From Octopus sinensis (taxonomy: Eukaryota): a stretch of 64,000 bases of DNA. Position 1 is the stretch's first letter. Every line of letters starts with the position of its first letter. Where the stretch lies: the NCBI RefSeq assembly GCF_006345805.1, contig NC_043003.1, positions 75,268,001 through 75,332,000 of the forward strand, given 5' to 3'. This document shows, piece after piece, positions 12,576 to 26,680 of the stretch. The translations under genes and the position numbers were made by a program. The notes beneath the pieces were generated by a model. That model ran no database searches. It was not told the origin of the DNA and saw nothing but the letters and a program-made list of their open reading frames with translations.

Positions 12576-14747
12576 CACTGTGCAACAAATATCAGGTTCA
12601 AAAAAAGTACAAGCTAAGTAAGACTTGTTTCTGGGCCAAAAGAATTGTCCTGATTCTGATTCTGACCTTTATTTCTCCAGATTAGGCAGCGTTTTCCTGT
12701 ACCATGAACCATATGTTTTATAATATATTACATAATATTGCGTATTGAACACAACATTGTAAATACTGAAAGTAACAAAAAACAAAACAAACATTTAGTT
12801 GGTATAACAAAACATATATTGGTTATGAATTTAAAATACACCTGTCAGTTTAAACATCTTTTGTCCTTCTAAGCCTCTTCCATCGTGATCCGGCGATTAC
12901 CGCCAGTTGATAAGAGGCAACAACCTCGAAACATGTCTGCCAACATGCCAGGGTCCCATTTTCCTTTGAATCGTCGCTCCATCACTGAAATATTCTAAGA
13001 GAATCTTTCGCCATGTTCATCACTATCATCACCAAGATTTTCCGCAAAAAATCCAAATGGAAGTGAAACACATGCACTTTTAGAGACATGTTACATCCCA
13101 TATCATGATAAGGAATCAGCAGATCATTCACAACTTGCACATAGTCTTCTGAACGATGGTTGCCCAGGAAGTTATCACAAACCTTCTTGAATGACTTAAA
13201 GACAATTTTCTCTTTTCTCTTGAGATGTGTGATGAAGGTTTCATCAAGTGCAATTTTTTGAATTTGGGGTCCTATGAAGAAACCTTATTTAATTTTAACT
13301 TGACTCGGGGAAGGGAACTTTTCTGCAAGATATGCAAATGCAGAGGTGGTGAAAAAGTTATTTCACTTTTCACAAGTGGTTTGCTAATGATGTTGTGTCT
13401 TCCTTGCTCAGTTTCATTCTTGGATCAGCCAATCCTTGCGTACATAATATTCAGCTCTTGCTCTGAAATTTCATAAAAACAGGAAGCAGCGAAATTTAGT
13501 ATAGGCAAGCTGAAGGCTAGTAAGCATGGTCACAGCCTTAAAACCTGCACAAATATGCCTGGTATGGTCATCATACTGTATGCCTTTTAGAATTACTTTC
13601 AAATTTTCATATGATTCTTTCATGGTTGTGCTATAAGCTATGGGAACAGAAGGCAGAGTGTCACCATTGTGTAGCAGAACAGCTTTGATGCTGTCCAGTC
13701 TATGGATACATTTATGAAAAGTCGCTATTCGGTTTTATTATATGGTATTTTCAGTTGGTAATTTCAGCTATATGGTAAGTTCAGCGATGTCATTACAAAA
13801 GCGTAAGTCATCCGCTGTGGTCAATAATGCAGGCAGATCCTCTGTACGTTTTCTGTACAGTGTTGTCTTCACTCCTTTGTCAAGGAGATTACGTTCTTGA
13901 AGCCTTGATGCCAGAAACTCACTTTTCTACTTGGTTAAATAGAGATCCCTTCACAAGCCATTTAGAGCCTCTTGAGAAAATGGTATTAGCTTATTCTCGC
14001 TTTCTGGATCATTGGGCTCCACACATTCACCACTGGAATGTTCATCAGCACTGCTGGAACTCTGCATTGATTGATCTGCAGGTTTGAGCACAGGTAAATA
14101 TTCTGTGTGCCCTACTGAGCGCATTGCTGATTGCAATGTGTTTCTTTTTCTTTGCTGTAGTACAGCCTGTAAAATCATGGTGACAGAAATAGCAATATTT
14201 CAGCTCACGCCATATCATTGGCACACCAAACTTCATGTGAACATTTTTTCCCTGCATACCAGGCCCTCAGTGTTTTCACACATGTAAGGCAACACACATG
14301 AGGAGCCCATGACTTATCCTGGTCTCCTAAGTAACAATCGAAGTACACCTTGTATATTTTCTTGATATGGCGTGTAATACTGAGCTTTTATTTAGTAAAA
14401 GTCAGTTCCCCACAGATATAACAGACTCTGTTTCGATCTTTTTTGAACTGTCTTGCACATATTGTTGAAATCAAATAAGATCTGAAAGATAAAAAATAAC
14501 AATAAACACAAGCTTCGAATCACATTGTAGGTGTTACTAAGATTGGTATCTAGCCCTGGGTTGAAAACCCTTTTACAATGTGGTAGAGAATTTTATTTAG
14601 TAATAATAACAAAAAGGGTATACAGTGACAATTCTGTAGAAATCATGCCTAATTCAACAAAAAGAAGACCAGAAATGGATTTCCCAAAGCATTTTGCATA
14701 TAAAAATGACCACAGATCTCTTGTACTTGTTTGAGTGTTGCACAGTG
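12576..14747 (-). mobile_element. Chapaev3-type (CMC superfamily) DNA transposon, TIR-bounded, transposase pseudogenised
   Basis: Perfect 12-bp TIR CACTGTGCAACA plus a shared AAGTACAAG subterminal motif. Minus-strand motifs across frameshifts: CYICGE, GDQDKSWAPH, FGVPMIWRE..CYFC, GCNMSLKVH..HLDFF.ENLGDDSDEHGERF..ISVMERRFKGKW. Confidence 0.88.
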
Positions 14748-14969
14748 ATATTTGCAACAATATGGGAACAGCTCTTAAATTTCAGACATAGGTATCATTT
14801 CACACTAATTCTACAATATGTCTGCCCTCTTTTCAATTTTGTAATTTTACTAATTGTATCTTTCAAAACTCATGATATATCATTGTGTTAAACGTACGCA
14901 CACGCACTCAAACTCACACACATATTTTCACACTTATGCATGCACACATATATACGTATACATATACAT

Positions 14970-15005
14970 ACGTGTGTATATATATACACACACACACACG
15001 TATAT

Positions 15006-15073
<68 letters not shown>
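14970..15073. repeat. (CA)n(TA)n(GA)n microsatellite
   Basis: Seen directly. Confidence 0.9.
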
Positions 15074-15279
15074 TAGGATAAGAATTAGAACGCCCTTGGT
15101 ATAATATTATATATTTGAAAACATGAATAGAAATGGATTTTCGGATAATTTTTCCTCTTTCGTAATTAGATGTTTATAAGTTTTAAACGTCTAATTATTG
15201 TAGTGGATAAATTATCAGGAAAACTATTTCTATTCATGTTGTCAAGTATATAAATATACACATGAAATTCATTATAATA

Positions 15280-15656
15280 CAGCCACGCTGGGGCATCAAC
15301 TTCAGGAATTTAATTCAGATTAATGGAGGAGATACTGGTACTACTTCCGTCCCCCTCATTAATGTCCCACTAATTTACCGGGACGCAAACAGATCACCGC
15401 CGATCTTCAGGACGCGGAGACAAGCACACACAATTACACACACGCACACACGCACAAAGACACACATACGGAAACACGCACAGGCACGCACACACAATTA
15501 CACACAATTACACAGGCACGCACACACACAAATGACGAGCGTCTTTCCTTTTCCGGCTTCTAAATGCACACACAAGGCTATTGTGTGCCCTAGCCTACTG
15601 TAGAAGACATTTGTGCAAGTGCTACGCAGTGGGCCTGAACCCAGAACCATGTGGTC
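15280..15656 (-). mobile_element. Degenerate family-1 SINE
   Basis: 'gcagtgggcctgaacccagaaccatgtggt' is the reverse complement of the family-1 head; internal (CA)-rich tract. Confidence 0.7.
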
Positions 15657-16146
15657 ACTTTTCTCTCTCAAGTCGTTTTTGTGTATTTATTATTTCCAGC
15701 TATGCATTTTCATGTATCTTAACTAATTTTCATTTACTCCTTATAATTTTATACAACCTCAGTTACACTCCACTTAACTACATGTAGTTTATTCCTGAGC
15801 ATAATTACAACTTTTCCAATGTAACATTTAAATTAAACTTCTACTCTTTCTTCCAAATTCCTTGCAAGATCAAATCTGTTTTTTTCGGACGTAAGCCACA
15901 TGCAATATCTTAATTTCCTTACTCATTTAACTTTCCATAATGTTCTTTATTTAATACTTTGCATGTTTCTCTTCTTTGCCGTTATTCCCCTTTCTTTTGC
16001 CATTTGGCTACAACCTTTTCTTCAAACATATCTTTAGCAGCGTGAAAGGCAATGACTTTTCCACCTTCTCATACTAACTACTTATATTACAATAATATAA
16101 TTCATATCTCGTACTTTTATACATAATCATCGTCACTTATCTAACC

Positions 16147-16370
16147 TATTTCTTTATTACCCACAAGGGACTAAACACAGAGGGGACAAACAAGGACAGA
16201 CATAGGTATTAAGTCGATTACATCGACCCCAGTGCGTAACTGGTACTTAATTTATCGACCCCGAAAGGATGAAAGGCAAAGTCGACCTCGGCGGAATTTG
16301 AACTCACAACGTAAGGCAGACGAAATACCGCTAAGCATTTCGCCCGACGTGCTAACGTTACTGCCAGCTC
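16147..16370 (-). mobile_element. tRNA-derived SINE family 2 (GAGCTGGCAG head) with TSD
   Basis: Reverse-complement match to 45363-45600. Flanked by CGTCA(C/T)TTATCTAACC at 16131-16146 and 16370-16385. Confidence 0.9.
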
Positions 16371-17024
16371 GTCATTTATCTAACCATTTTCCTTTCTTTA
16401 CAGCATAGTCTTTCACTAAATTTCAACAAACTCTTTATATTTCTCAAATCCAAATACATATCTGCATGTTTAGGCGTGTACGCGTGAGATTATTGTGTGG
16501 ACCTGCGTATGTGCAAAATCTTATACTCACTGCAATATTCTTATCTCTATCTATTCTCCAATAAGCAAATTAAAGTGATTGATTTTACTGCCAGTATAGT
16601 TTGACTACATAATTCATAACACATGCATAACTTTTTATCTACTCGAATATTTTTTATTATAGTGAGTGATAAACTTAAACTTTGTTCCCTCGTTAATTTT
16701 TATATTCATAAATACTCGTAGATTTTAAAATTTTTTATCGATATTTTTGTACAAATTTAAGTGTGTATTTTAATTCATAGTTGCATATTATATGTTATCA
16801 AATGTAATTAAGATCACTATTATTACCACTTCTATTACGCAGTCGCTTTTCTTAGCCATCTTCGTGTACATATTACACGTACATATTACATCACGAAAAA
16901 TATACCGCTTCTTCGTAGTGTGTAAGAAGACCATGCAAATAAAGTTACACACACACACGCACATGCACTCATTCACGTGTGCACACACTCACAACACACA
17001 CACACACACGCATATGCATATGTA

Positions 17025-17880
17025 CAAAAGGTGCTCGGGCTAAATTTGGCCTTTCGCATAAAAGGAAAACAGCATTCCACCCAAACATACAATTGTCTTT
17101 AGAAAATGCAAACAATATCAACTAGGTTATGGCTGGGGATAAGTATTTAGTTTAAGTATCCGCCCTCAGGTTCTATCATGGCCTTAAGACGGCTCACTAC
17201 TGTGTCAATGGAAAGATCTTCAAACTCATCCTGTATATCTGACTCTATTGCTACGTTTGTGTTGCAAGAAGAGTCGTCCGACATATACAATTTCTTGGGA
17301 TTGCAATGTGTGGATTAGTAGGAATTGAGTCTGACGAAGTCGCAGAAATTCCCTAACAATCAGTTTTGAATCTTTCCGAAGGTATGAAAAGGAACCGAAT
17401 CGTGCTTCTATATGTATGACTTTCCGGAAGCAACCCTCGTCACCCACCTCTTCACCACATTCTCCAGCTGCTTCACATAGCTATCTGAATTGAGCCTATA
17501 GCTCTGTTCAAAGGTTTGGGCAGCATGATTTACCCTCAAGGTAGATGCACTCCGTGACCTTCAGAGTTTTGGGAAACATGGTTTTCTTCATACATGTGAC
17601 ATAACATGGTTTGTTCTGGGCTTATGCAACTGGCCCTGTCAGAATTGCTATTGATCAGAGATGTACAACATCATCCCCGTTTGAACAAGACGATTCACCT
17701 TCACGGAAATTTATTTTCCCTCGTCAAGCATTGGCGCTTGTCGCCAGATATCAGAAGCTGGCCCTTGCAGCTCTTTTACAAATAGTAGTGGAGGTTTATG
17801 GTGTTGACTCTAAAACAATATATCTCCCCAAAGCCCGGATATACTTGTTTGCATATGCTGCAGCTGTTGGATGAATAACG
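17025..17880 (-). mobile_element. Tc1/mariner (maT/DD37D-like) transposase remnant
   Basis: Minus-strand SRLKAMIEPEGGYLN C-terminus, degenerate SPDCNP-like and QQDSAP-like (HDSVP) motifs, many stops. Confidence 0.7.
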
Positions 17881-18659
17881 GCGCGATGAAGCATATAGAG
17901 GCACAGGCCACGGCTTTGTAGTCACTATTTCAGCTATTCTAGTCACTTCTTAAAACATTTACAGTGTTCACCGATCATTGAGCAGCAATCATAATATAAG
18001 CATTTCGATACACGGTGACAATCATCATCATAGACAATCATCATCCATAAATGAATAGCAGTGATTAATTTTGCACAACACGTCGATGTATTTATGGATA
18101 ATTTCGACGACACTATGATAGCAGGTCCCAATATATCACCTTGAGATACGTAGATCCAGAATCAGATGCGTGACATGATCCAATGCAATCTACGTTAAAA
18201 GCGTATCTACGATTCTCCCTTGCTGCTTTCTCTCCCTTTCTATTATAGTATTTACAGCAAAGAATTGGCATGAATGCTACAACTACTACATACAACGACA
18301 GTATAAATTACCGCCTCTTGCGACTGTAATTTCAGATACTGTCAAAATATCCATATGGAAATATATGTATCTCTAACGAATATGTTTATAAATACGATTT
18401 ATAGAATATAGGGCTCACAGTAGAATACCTTAATACGTTCAGAAAGAGAAGTGTCAATAACTTTATATATCTGTCTAAATGTAGCTAGTTTTTCAGAGAC
18501 AGCATTATCAAAAATACTAGCATCATGACCCGTCGTTGCCGGGTCATAGTGCTAGTGCATGTATATATGTGTATATATATATGTGTACATATTACATGTA
18601 CATCTATATATATATATACATCTACACATAAAATACAAAATACATAGTTATATCTTGAT

Positions 18660-19568
18660 ATCGCTAGTGATAACAATACTCAAAATATATAACAGACCGG
18701 AATTGTAAGCCCATCTCTTGCAATTTCGATCAATTGTATCTCGTCCTCCCTCCTGTATAGAAGTGTGGCTACAATCCAGCCTACCTCTACTTCTTGGGGG
18801 GCGGGGCATTTCAAAAATTTTTCCGGGACGTCCACGTCCCAGATATAAAGGTAACAGTAAAATATTTCTACTTTGCAAGTTCGAGTCAAGTACTCCCTTG
18901 CATGCTCCGTTTACTCGAACCTTGCTTCTATTGTGGCGAATTTACCGCCTCTGGTTAAATATCTTTCATAGTCGCACCAATACACTTTTCGATGGTGCTT
19001 TCCTCCAGGTGTTCATATCTTTTTTCTCTACATTGTATACTTTATAGACAATAGACTTTTCTTTAATTTAATTTTTTATTATCCATCTGGACTATTCCAT
19101 TTCTGCACGATAATTTTATTTTCAATTTATTCCCATTCATGTGAAACCACTTGTTCAAGTTCAAGTCATTGATGCAATTTTATACCAATTGCTATTTTTA
19201 CTTTTGTTATGTTACGATTATATTATACTTTAGTTTCATTTTAATTATTACTTACTACATATAATTCAATTGTTATTATTATCTCTAATTTTTATTGTTA
19301 AAGTGAAAGTATTTGACATAAAATAGAGAAATGTTTTTGTTTCACTTTTAACATGTAATACTGAAATAGTGGAGAAGATATGATATTGCTATAGGCTCGC
19401 CCTAGGCAAGAAGCTAAACATTTTTTTGTCCATGAAACTTCATGGACCCTAAGTAAAGCATGTGTAAAATTTGAATGAAATTGGTTGTGTAGTTCTCAAG
19501 TTTTAGGGAAACACACAGACAGACAGCAAGATAGACAGACACACATTCTCAGTTTTATATATATATTA
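18660..19568 (-). mobile_element. Probable non-autonomous Helitron-like element
   Basis: Minus strand begins TATATATATAAAACTGAGAATGTGTGTCTGTCT...GTCTGTCTGT, like the 5' ends of non-autonomous Helitrons with (GTCT)n. The left boundary is uncertain. Confidence 0.45.
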
Positions 19569-19640
19569 TTTATTAAAATTTTATGTATTGATTAAGTCTT
19601 TCCTTGTTTGTTTTGCAAAATAGTGGTTTTGTCTCGAATA

Positions 19641-19680
<40 letters not shown>

Positions 19681-20056
19681 TATAGATTACTAGCAATTGG
19701 AGTATGTTAGCACATGCAAGGGCATTCATAGAACGTGATATGACATGCAACCTGTCCAGGTTTGAAAAAAAATTAGCCACAACCGTCATCTTTGTGTCAA
19801 ATGCGAAAAAAAAACTATTCCCTGTTCTGCAGGCAAGAGTATTTAGCTCGTAAACATTGGCGTACACTTCTACTCATAATAATTTCTAACTACAAACATG
19901 TTAGTGGCAGTTGAAAACTCGGATTCCCACTTAGAGGATTCCCACGCTTATATAGCCATTACCACTATCATCGCCTTCCCCACTATTATCATGAACACTT
20001 TAATCAACATCATTATTAACATTATTCGTATAATTATTATTGCTGATAGTTATATG

Positions 20057-20260
20057 AGGTCGGCGAGATGGCAAAAATTTTAGCGCACCGGACAAAATAC
20101 ATATACGCATTTTACCCGTCTTTACGATCTCAATTCAAATTCCGTTACGGTCGACTTTGCATTTAATCTTTTGTATGTCAGTAGATGAAGTGCCACTTAA
20201 ACACTTAACTTGATATAATCAACTCACACCTCCCAGCAAAAGTTTAGTCCTTCTACTTAC
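20057..20260 (+). mobile_element. Degenerate family-2 SINE
   Basis: 'ggcgagatggcaaaaattttagcgcaccggac...ggtcgactttgc' matches the copy at 45363. Confidence 0.65.
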
Positions 20261-20697
20261 AAATGAACCTAATATTTCCAAATAATTACCATTGTACATA
20301 TGTATGTAATTCTGTTCCGTTTTATATTCTATACATATATAAAGAATATTTAATTTCTAATATTGCTATTTTCATTATTATTAAATATTCTCTAATACTA
20401 CATCTGATTTAATAAACGAATTATTTGATGTTTTCCGTTTTCTACTATACTTATTATTTTTTTATGAATAATACAACTGTTTTCATATTATTTTCTTTTA
20501 TATTATCATTCCCTATTGAATTTGTTTTCTTCATTAATTTCATTAATTTGCTTTATTATTTCATGTTAATATTATTCATTCATTCAGTTTTCTTATGTTG
20601 TTTTTACACTTTAATAAAATAGTTTTATATTTTACCCTCACTACCAATTTTTTTATTCCTTTTGCTTCTTTTTTATAAACAGTGTGTCCATTACCGA

Positions 20698-20710
20698 TCT
20701 TCTTCTTCGT

Positions 20711-20743
<33 letters not shown>

Positions 20744-20866
20744 CTTCTTCTTCTTCTTCTTCTCTTCTCTTCTTCTTCTTCTTCTTCTTCTTCTTCTCTT
20801 TATTATTATTATTATCATCATCATCATCATCATCATCACCATCATCATCATCACCATCATCATCAT
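20698..20866. repeat. (TTC)n-(TTA)n-(TCA)n compound microsatellite
   Basis: Seen directly; abuts a LINE 3' end. Confidence 0.95.
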
Positions 20867-22130
20867 ACATGGTGTGCACTAATGTTTTACATTCGGAATC
20901 AATGCCATTGATACTGGGTCACACCCAGTTTCCTTAGATATCGCAGACCTTTCTAAAATTCCTTGCTGTTCCCAATAGAGGAGATTTCTCTATTAATGCA
21001 ACTTTCCCAGTTACACCCATATCTATAAGGAATCTGTTAAAACTGTTAGTGACGGGCACCTATAATAGCTGGGATTATTTTGTACAAATCCGTCATAGTC
21101 ATCGTATATCCTTAGCCAAATTCTGCTGTTTTACCGATTTGGTTTTGACCGCTACGTTCATGTCTGCAGATATAGAGTTATCTGTGATGTTGCACTCATC
21201 CCCGCCTTCACTAGAACCATAATATCTGGTCACCTGGCATGCATTTCGTGATCAGCTTGTACCTTAAAATACCTTGAAAACCTTATACAGGTCATGCACT
21301 ATAATGATGTTTGCATCATTTTTTTCCAAATTTAAATCCTCTTTGCAATAATATGTCCCTGTGGTGTGCCTTGGTTACACAGTCGTATCTTCATGTATAT
21401 TCTTTATGTGCAGAAATGTCTATAAGGACTTATGTGCATGACGAATTGTTCTCTCACATGCTCTGTCACTAATTTTATCTACGATCTATCTCTTTTGGTC
21501 TTAATGATATTCTTCCGCAATGAATGGCTTTGTGGAATCGTTTTGAGGCCTTCCGTTTCTTCCTGAATGACTCTATTCTTCAGCTAGCATCAAAACTCCT
21601 CTGCTACGATGCAGGTGTTCGTCTGAGATGCAGAATATGCAGCTATTTTCCCCAGATGTGTTCTTCTTCTTCTTCTTCTTCTTCTTCTTCTTCTTCTTCT
21701 TCTTCTTCTACTTCCTCTTCTTCTTCTTCTTCTGTTCCTCCTCCTTTTCCTCCTTCTCCTCCTCCTCCTCCTTTTTCTTCTTCTTCTTCGTCTTCTTCTT
21801 TATTCCGTTGCCGTCTCTAGAATTTTTTTCTATAGAATTTGTTCTCCTCTCCCTGAAACCTCTAATATTATGTTAGATGCTTTTAACGTGCTCTCTCTCC
21901 ACAGGTGAAATCAATCCTCAACCCATTCTTCTGTGGTAAATATAGCCTATTGACACAGCCTCCGGGACGTAGCGACGTCTGCATGGACATTATCTTTCTG
22001 GTTTCATATTCTATGTTTCTTAGTTCTTACACAGTTCAGTTAAGAAAGCAGCAGAATATCGTATAAGAGAGACCATCCATGTGTTTACTGCAGATATGCT
22101 TTTCTCTCCCTCCACTTTTGAGCTTAGTAC
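20867..22130 (-). mobile_element. R4/Dong-like RLE LINE, 3' part, degenerate
   Basis: Minus-strand motifs SAVNTWMVSLIRYSA, TRKIMSM..RLYLPQKNG, D..MHAR*PDIMV and LLGTARNFRKV. Interrupted by a (TTC/CCT)n tract at ~21660-21800. Confidence 0.8.
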
Positions 22131-24076
22131 CTCTTCTCAGATACTAATTGAGATAATAATTTATCTCCTTATTATCATTATCATTGCTGTTGTTGTTGTT
22201 GTTGTTATTATAATTGTTATGCTAGTGTTTCCGCTCACATTTTATTGTAAAGTTAACAAGTTTACTCTCTGTTTATATAATTTTGTTGAATTTTTGCCTC
22301 TTCCGGGTGGAAGTAGCTATTCGTGCTCTACCATTTACCGTTGTATTAAAAACAAAATGGCAATAACGGAATCGTCGTAATTTTCGGCAAAATGTCAGGA
22401 AGTAATATCAATGCTTGGCAGAATTATTTGTCGCTACTTCTTACCACTACAACAAATCACCACCTTCCCCGGCCGGATAACAGCACGAATTCCGAACGAA
22501 AATATCAACACAATAACAGCAATAAGCACAACGGTATCAAAATCACATAATGCAAATGAAAAGGACATTTTCAGCGACAATAACAGTAAAAGAAACCTGG
22601 TAACTTACAACAGAAGAATTATTGCCATGAAAACAAAATCGAAAATATAACAAATTGCAAACCTAGTGAAGGTGGTTTAGCCGACGCCAGATACAGCAAG
22701 AAATTAACTCATCACCACTAGAATTAAAAACGTTTATTATGTGGTCTTTATGATATGCAGCGGTAAACATACTGGCATCCGTTCGTCAATAAATTAACCC
22801 CAAAAAACTGTTGTACACAATTGTTTAATGACAAAAATTTGATAAAGAAAAGAAGCGATGCATCAGTAAAAAGAACATTCTCAGATACTCCGAGGTGCCC
22901 CCAAAATTGCGAGAAGCAAAAGCTACAGCACAGTAGAGTTAGGAAACCCCACAGAATTAGGACAGGAATTACTTGATAATGATCACAAGCGTGAATAACT
23001 GCTCTCATACCAATCGAACTTAGCCATAGCTTAGTTAAAGTATTGTCGAACTGCCACCAGAGATAAACAAGTACTGGTTTGTTGGCAATTCTACATTTCA
23101 TTGTAGATGATAAAACCAAAACTAATGTTCTGATAATACAGAGGTTGCACACATAAAAGCGCCTGCAACAAGGATGGAGTTATAAATCTAAATGGATCAC
23201 TGGTCTATGGAATCCATTCCAAATTCAATTACTCTAACAAACGCCACAGTATTATACGTGGCCTTAAGGGTAGAGAGACAACTTTTCAAAGGGTCATCAG
23301 TCAAATTATTACTGGAAAATTTCCATGAAGGTTTATATGTGTGTGTAAGTGCTCGCGTGTATATATGCACGTATGAATGTACGTGTGTGCATAAATGATT
23401 CTTGTACCTATGGTGGAGTAATGAGATCTAGGATCAATAATAGTGTTGAATAGAAATATAAAATATTGAAGACATAGCAAAAATGTAAGGATATCAATTT
23501 GTATACGACACAGCGACGAAGTTTGAAATTTGTGCTTAATAAAGTTAAGAACTTGAAATGCATTATGTATCGACTCTTGTTTGGGATTGTTTAAAGTAGG
23601 TCTACCGCTCCTTGCCACATAAGAGGAATGTTCTCCCGTTCTTCTGCGACTTTGCTGGCTAATAGCTATGAGTCCTACACAATTGTAAAAAGAAATCTTG
23701 CAGGGAAAATCATCAATACACGGGAATCCGCACCCCGTGCAACCAAAATTCTTTTCCTGCGCTTCCACAACATTTGTATGTAATTTTCAACGGTACTCTT
23801 CTATTGACAAGAGTCACTCTAGGCCGTTAAGGTAAGCATTGTTACACAGGTGAATTTCCAGAGAAGGAAGAGAGTAACGGGGCCAAAACAGAAATATGAT
23901 TAATCTTTTCTCATGTCATTGGCACTCACTTCTAAACGTATATATCTATAAACAGACACACACATGCACACACTCTGACACACGCATTCATGTATATGTT
24001 TATCTATATACGTGTGACAGAGTACTTATGTATGTGACTGTGTGCATACACACATAAATATTTATCTAGAAAGGAA

Positions 24077-24077
<1 letters not shown>

Positions 24078-24146
<69 letters not shown>

Positions 24147-24170
24147 ATGTGTGTGTGTGTGTGTGTGTAC
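24078..24170. repeat. (TA)n(TG)n microsatellite
   Basis: Seen directly. Confidence 0.95.
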
Positions 24171-24254
24171 TTAGAGATAGATTGTGTGTGTGAGAGAGTG
24201 AGAAAAAGAGCGAAAGAGAGAGAAACAAATAATTTTAAATCTTTGAGCGAGGAA

Positions 24255-25013
24255 TATGTAGAAATAGTACGGAACAATAAAGTCTATTCGCCAACATAAT
24301 GTTGCTGTCCTACATAGAACTATATTACTACATTTTAACCCTAGGAAAACATCTTTTCCAGCTGGCTACCGACACATGGTATGTGTCCTATACTGTGAGC
24401 AAGGTAGTTTACTTCTATCTTTCTAACCTTAGCGACAGCTGCAAACCAATGGTTCCCGGGTTATTTCCCTTCTTTATTATAGGATACTCACTGGTCAGAG
24501 ATGACAGTCGCTTGACCTTACTCACAGTATATACTTTTAAAACGATACACAGTCGCTAATCTCGTGAAGAGAAATACAATTAGTTTAAAATCTCTGAACG
24601 AGAAATATGAGAGTAACAGTACAGAAACGTAGAGTCTATATGCCAACACAATGTGGCAGTCCTACACAGGAAGATGTTACTAATTTTTAGCCCCAGGAAA
24701 GCATCTTTCACAGGTGGCTACCGTCTATTTTTCTCTTCACGAGATCATAGACGACTGTGTATGTCTTTAAAAGTATTTACTGTGAGAAAGATCGAGTGGC
24801 TGCCATCTCTAGCCAGCAATTGTCCTGTACCGAGGAAGATAAAATAACCCAGAAACCATTTGTCTACACGTATCACTGAGGCTAGAATTGCAGCTATAAA
24901 CTCCCTTGCTCACATATACAGACACAGATCTGTATATGTCGAAAGCCAGCTGGTTAAAAATGTTTTCCTGGAGCTAAAATGCAGTAACATCGTCTTGTGT
25001 AATATATAGCAAC
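24255..25013. repeat. Foldback-like structure: three related copies, two direct and one inverted
   Basis: 24301-24475 aligns to the reverse complement of ~24835-25013 (for example aggaaaacat...ccagctggct...tgtgagcaagg...gggttattt). 24610-24725 is a partial direct copy of 24255-24370. Confidence 0.75.
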
Positions 25014-26579
25014 TCTACTCTTTATTTAAAGTTATTGATACAAATAAATAAATGTGTGTGTGTATTTATGTGCGTGGGTGAATGTTTCTAATTCCGTTTA
25101 AGTTATGTTATATTCTTCTCACCAATAAACGCCGAAGGAAAGATTCTGTTCTTCCTCTCTTTAAACTTCTTTCTGTAGAAATTGTATTTTCTGTCGACCC
25201 GACATTATATCATACAATGAAATATTCATGCAATTTACTGTTTCAACATGGTGTAATGTAATCTACGACAAATACTCTGATTTGGTTTCGTTCCCATACG
25301 AAAATAATGAGTTTCACAACGTGATTAATTTGCCGTGCTTAACATAGCCTTTTGTCTTCGCAATGAAGTACATTTGCTATCGTCCATTGTTTCAGCGGTC
25401 GTTTTGATAGCCACTAGCTAATAACCCAAACTTCAAATGATATATTATTGTTAGATAATTTGGCATTTTGACAAGAGAGTCATTATATATAATCTGTTCG
25501 TTTTAACCAATTCTTCGACTCGAATCATTGCAAGGAACATAGTTGACCTTTATGTAGTGTAAGGCATTAATAAAACAAATCATTTTAATAATATCCTGGT
25601 TAGTTATATGTAATTGCATTATTTTCTTTTCTGCAGCATTTATTATCTCTCTTTAGTTTACAATGATTTGGTTTTCTTTTTAAATTTCTTCCTTTGCGTA
25701 TTAATAATACAGCGAAAACATCAATCAATTAACGAACCAATAAATTATTAACACAGCGAATCAATATATAATTACGACGAATCGTATTCCTACCGAATTT
25801 TAATGCATTTACTTGTTTATTTGCTTTAAACAGGCATACATATCCCTTAAAAGTTTATCTCATTTGATCTTACAACAGTGTGATTCTTATCCAAAAAAAA
25901 AAAAACAGTGTGCATTTGAGTTTAGAATCAGTCGCAATAGCAATGCATGCCCAAATAAATATGCATGTATTCTTATCACTATTTCTTCCTGTGTGGCTAT
26001 TTGAATTATTGCATAAATTTAAAACTTATAAATGGTTGAGCACGTATTAGTAGGAAATTGTTCATATATCTTTACAATAATATCTCTCGGAATGAAAACA
26101 CATTTCCTTTTAATATTGCAAAGCTCTACTAACTAGTTTGCCAAGGTTTCAGTTAGATGTTATTACTCAAGCAACATCTGCTATGATTGTTTTATAATTG
26201 TAAATTTGATAATTATATATTAGTTAAAATAAAAGTTGCTTGATGAGGAAGGTATGTAGGCGAAGTAAAAAGCTCTTGATCGTTTAGATGACGTGTCAGA
26301 TGTTTGTGTGCGCGCGCGTTTATGCGTGTATATGTGCTTTGTGTATGCATGTGGTGTATGTATATGTGTGTGATTGTGTGGGTGTATGGATATACATTAT
26401 TTCATTATATTTGCCAAAAAGGCAGTACATAGAGTGTAGCTTTGCGGGCTTCACAAGAACATTAATGAAGTAAATGATAATGAAACGAAGATGATAATGA
26501 TGGGAGAAGACAAAAAGCGGCCGCCGACATTTGCTTCTCTAAAACATTGCTCTTCAGAAAAATACAAAATGAGGCATTA

Positions 26580-26680
26580 AACATCTTGCAATAGTTTTTA
26601 CAATTTAAAATACATAGTTGAATCAATAAACCTCTTGCAATAGTTTTTACAATTTAAAACTCATAATTGAGGCAATTAAC
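26580..26680. repeat. Tandem duplication of ~50 bp
   Basis: 'tcttgcaatagtttttacaatttaaaa' occurs twice, about 50 bp apart. Confidence 0.85.

Noticed and set aside
22660-23770. 134-aa and 155-aa ORFs, possible TE remnant
   Set aside because: No reliable motif could be read in any frame.
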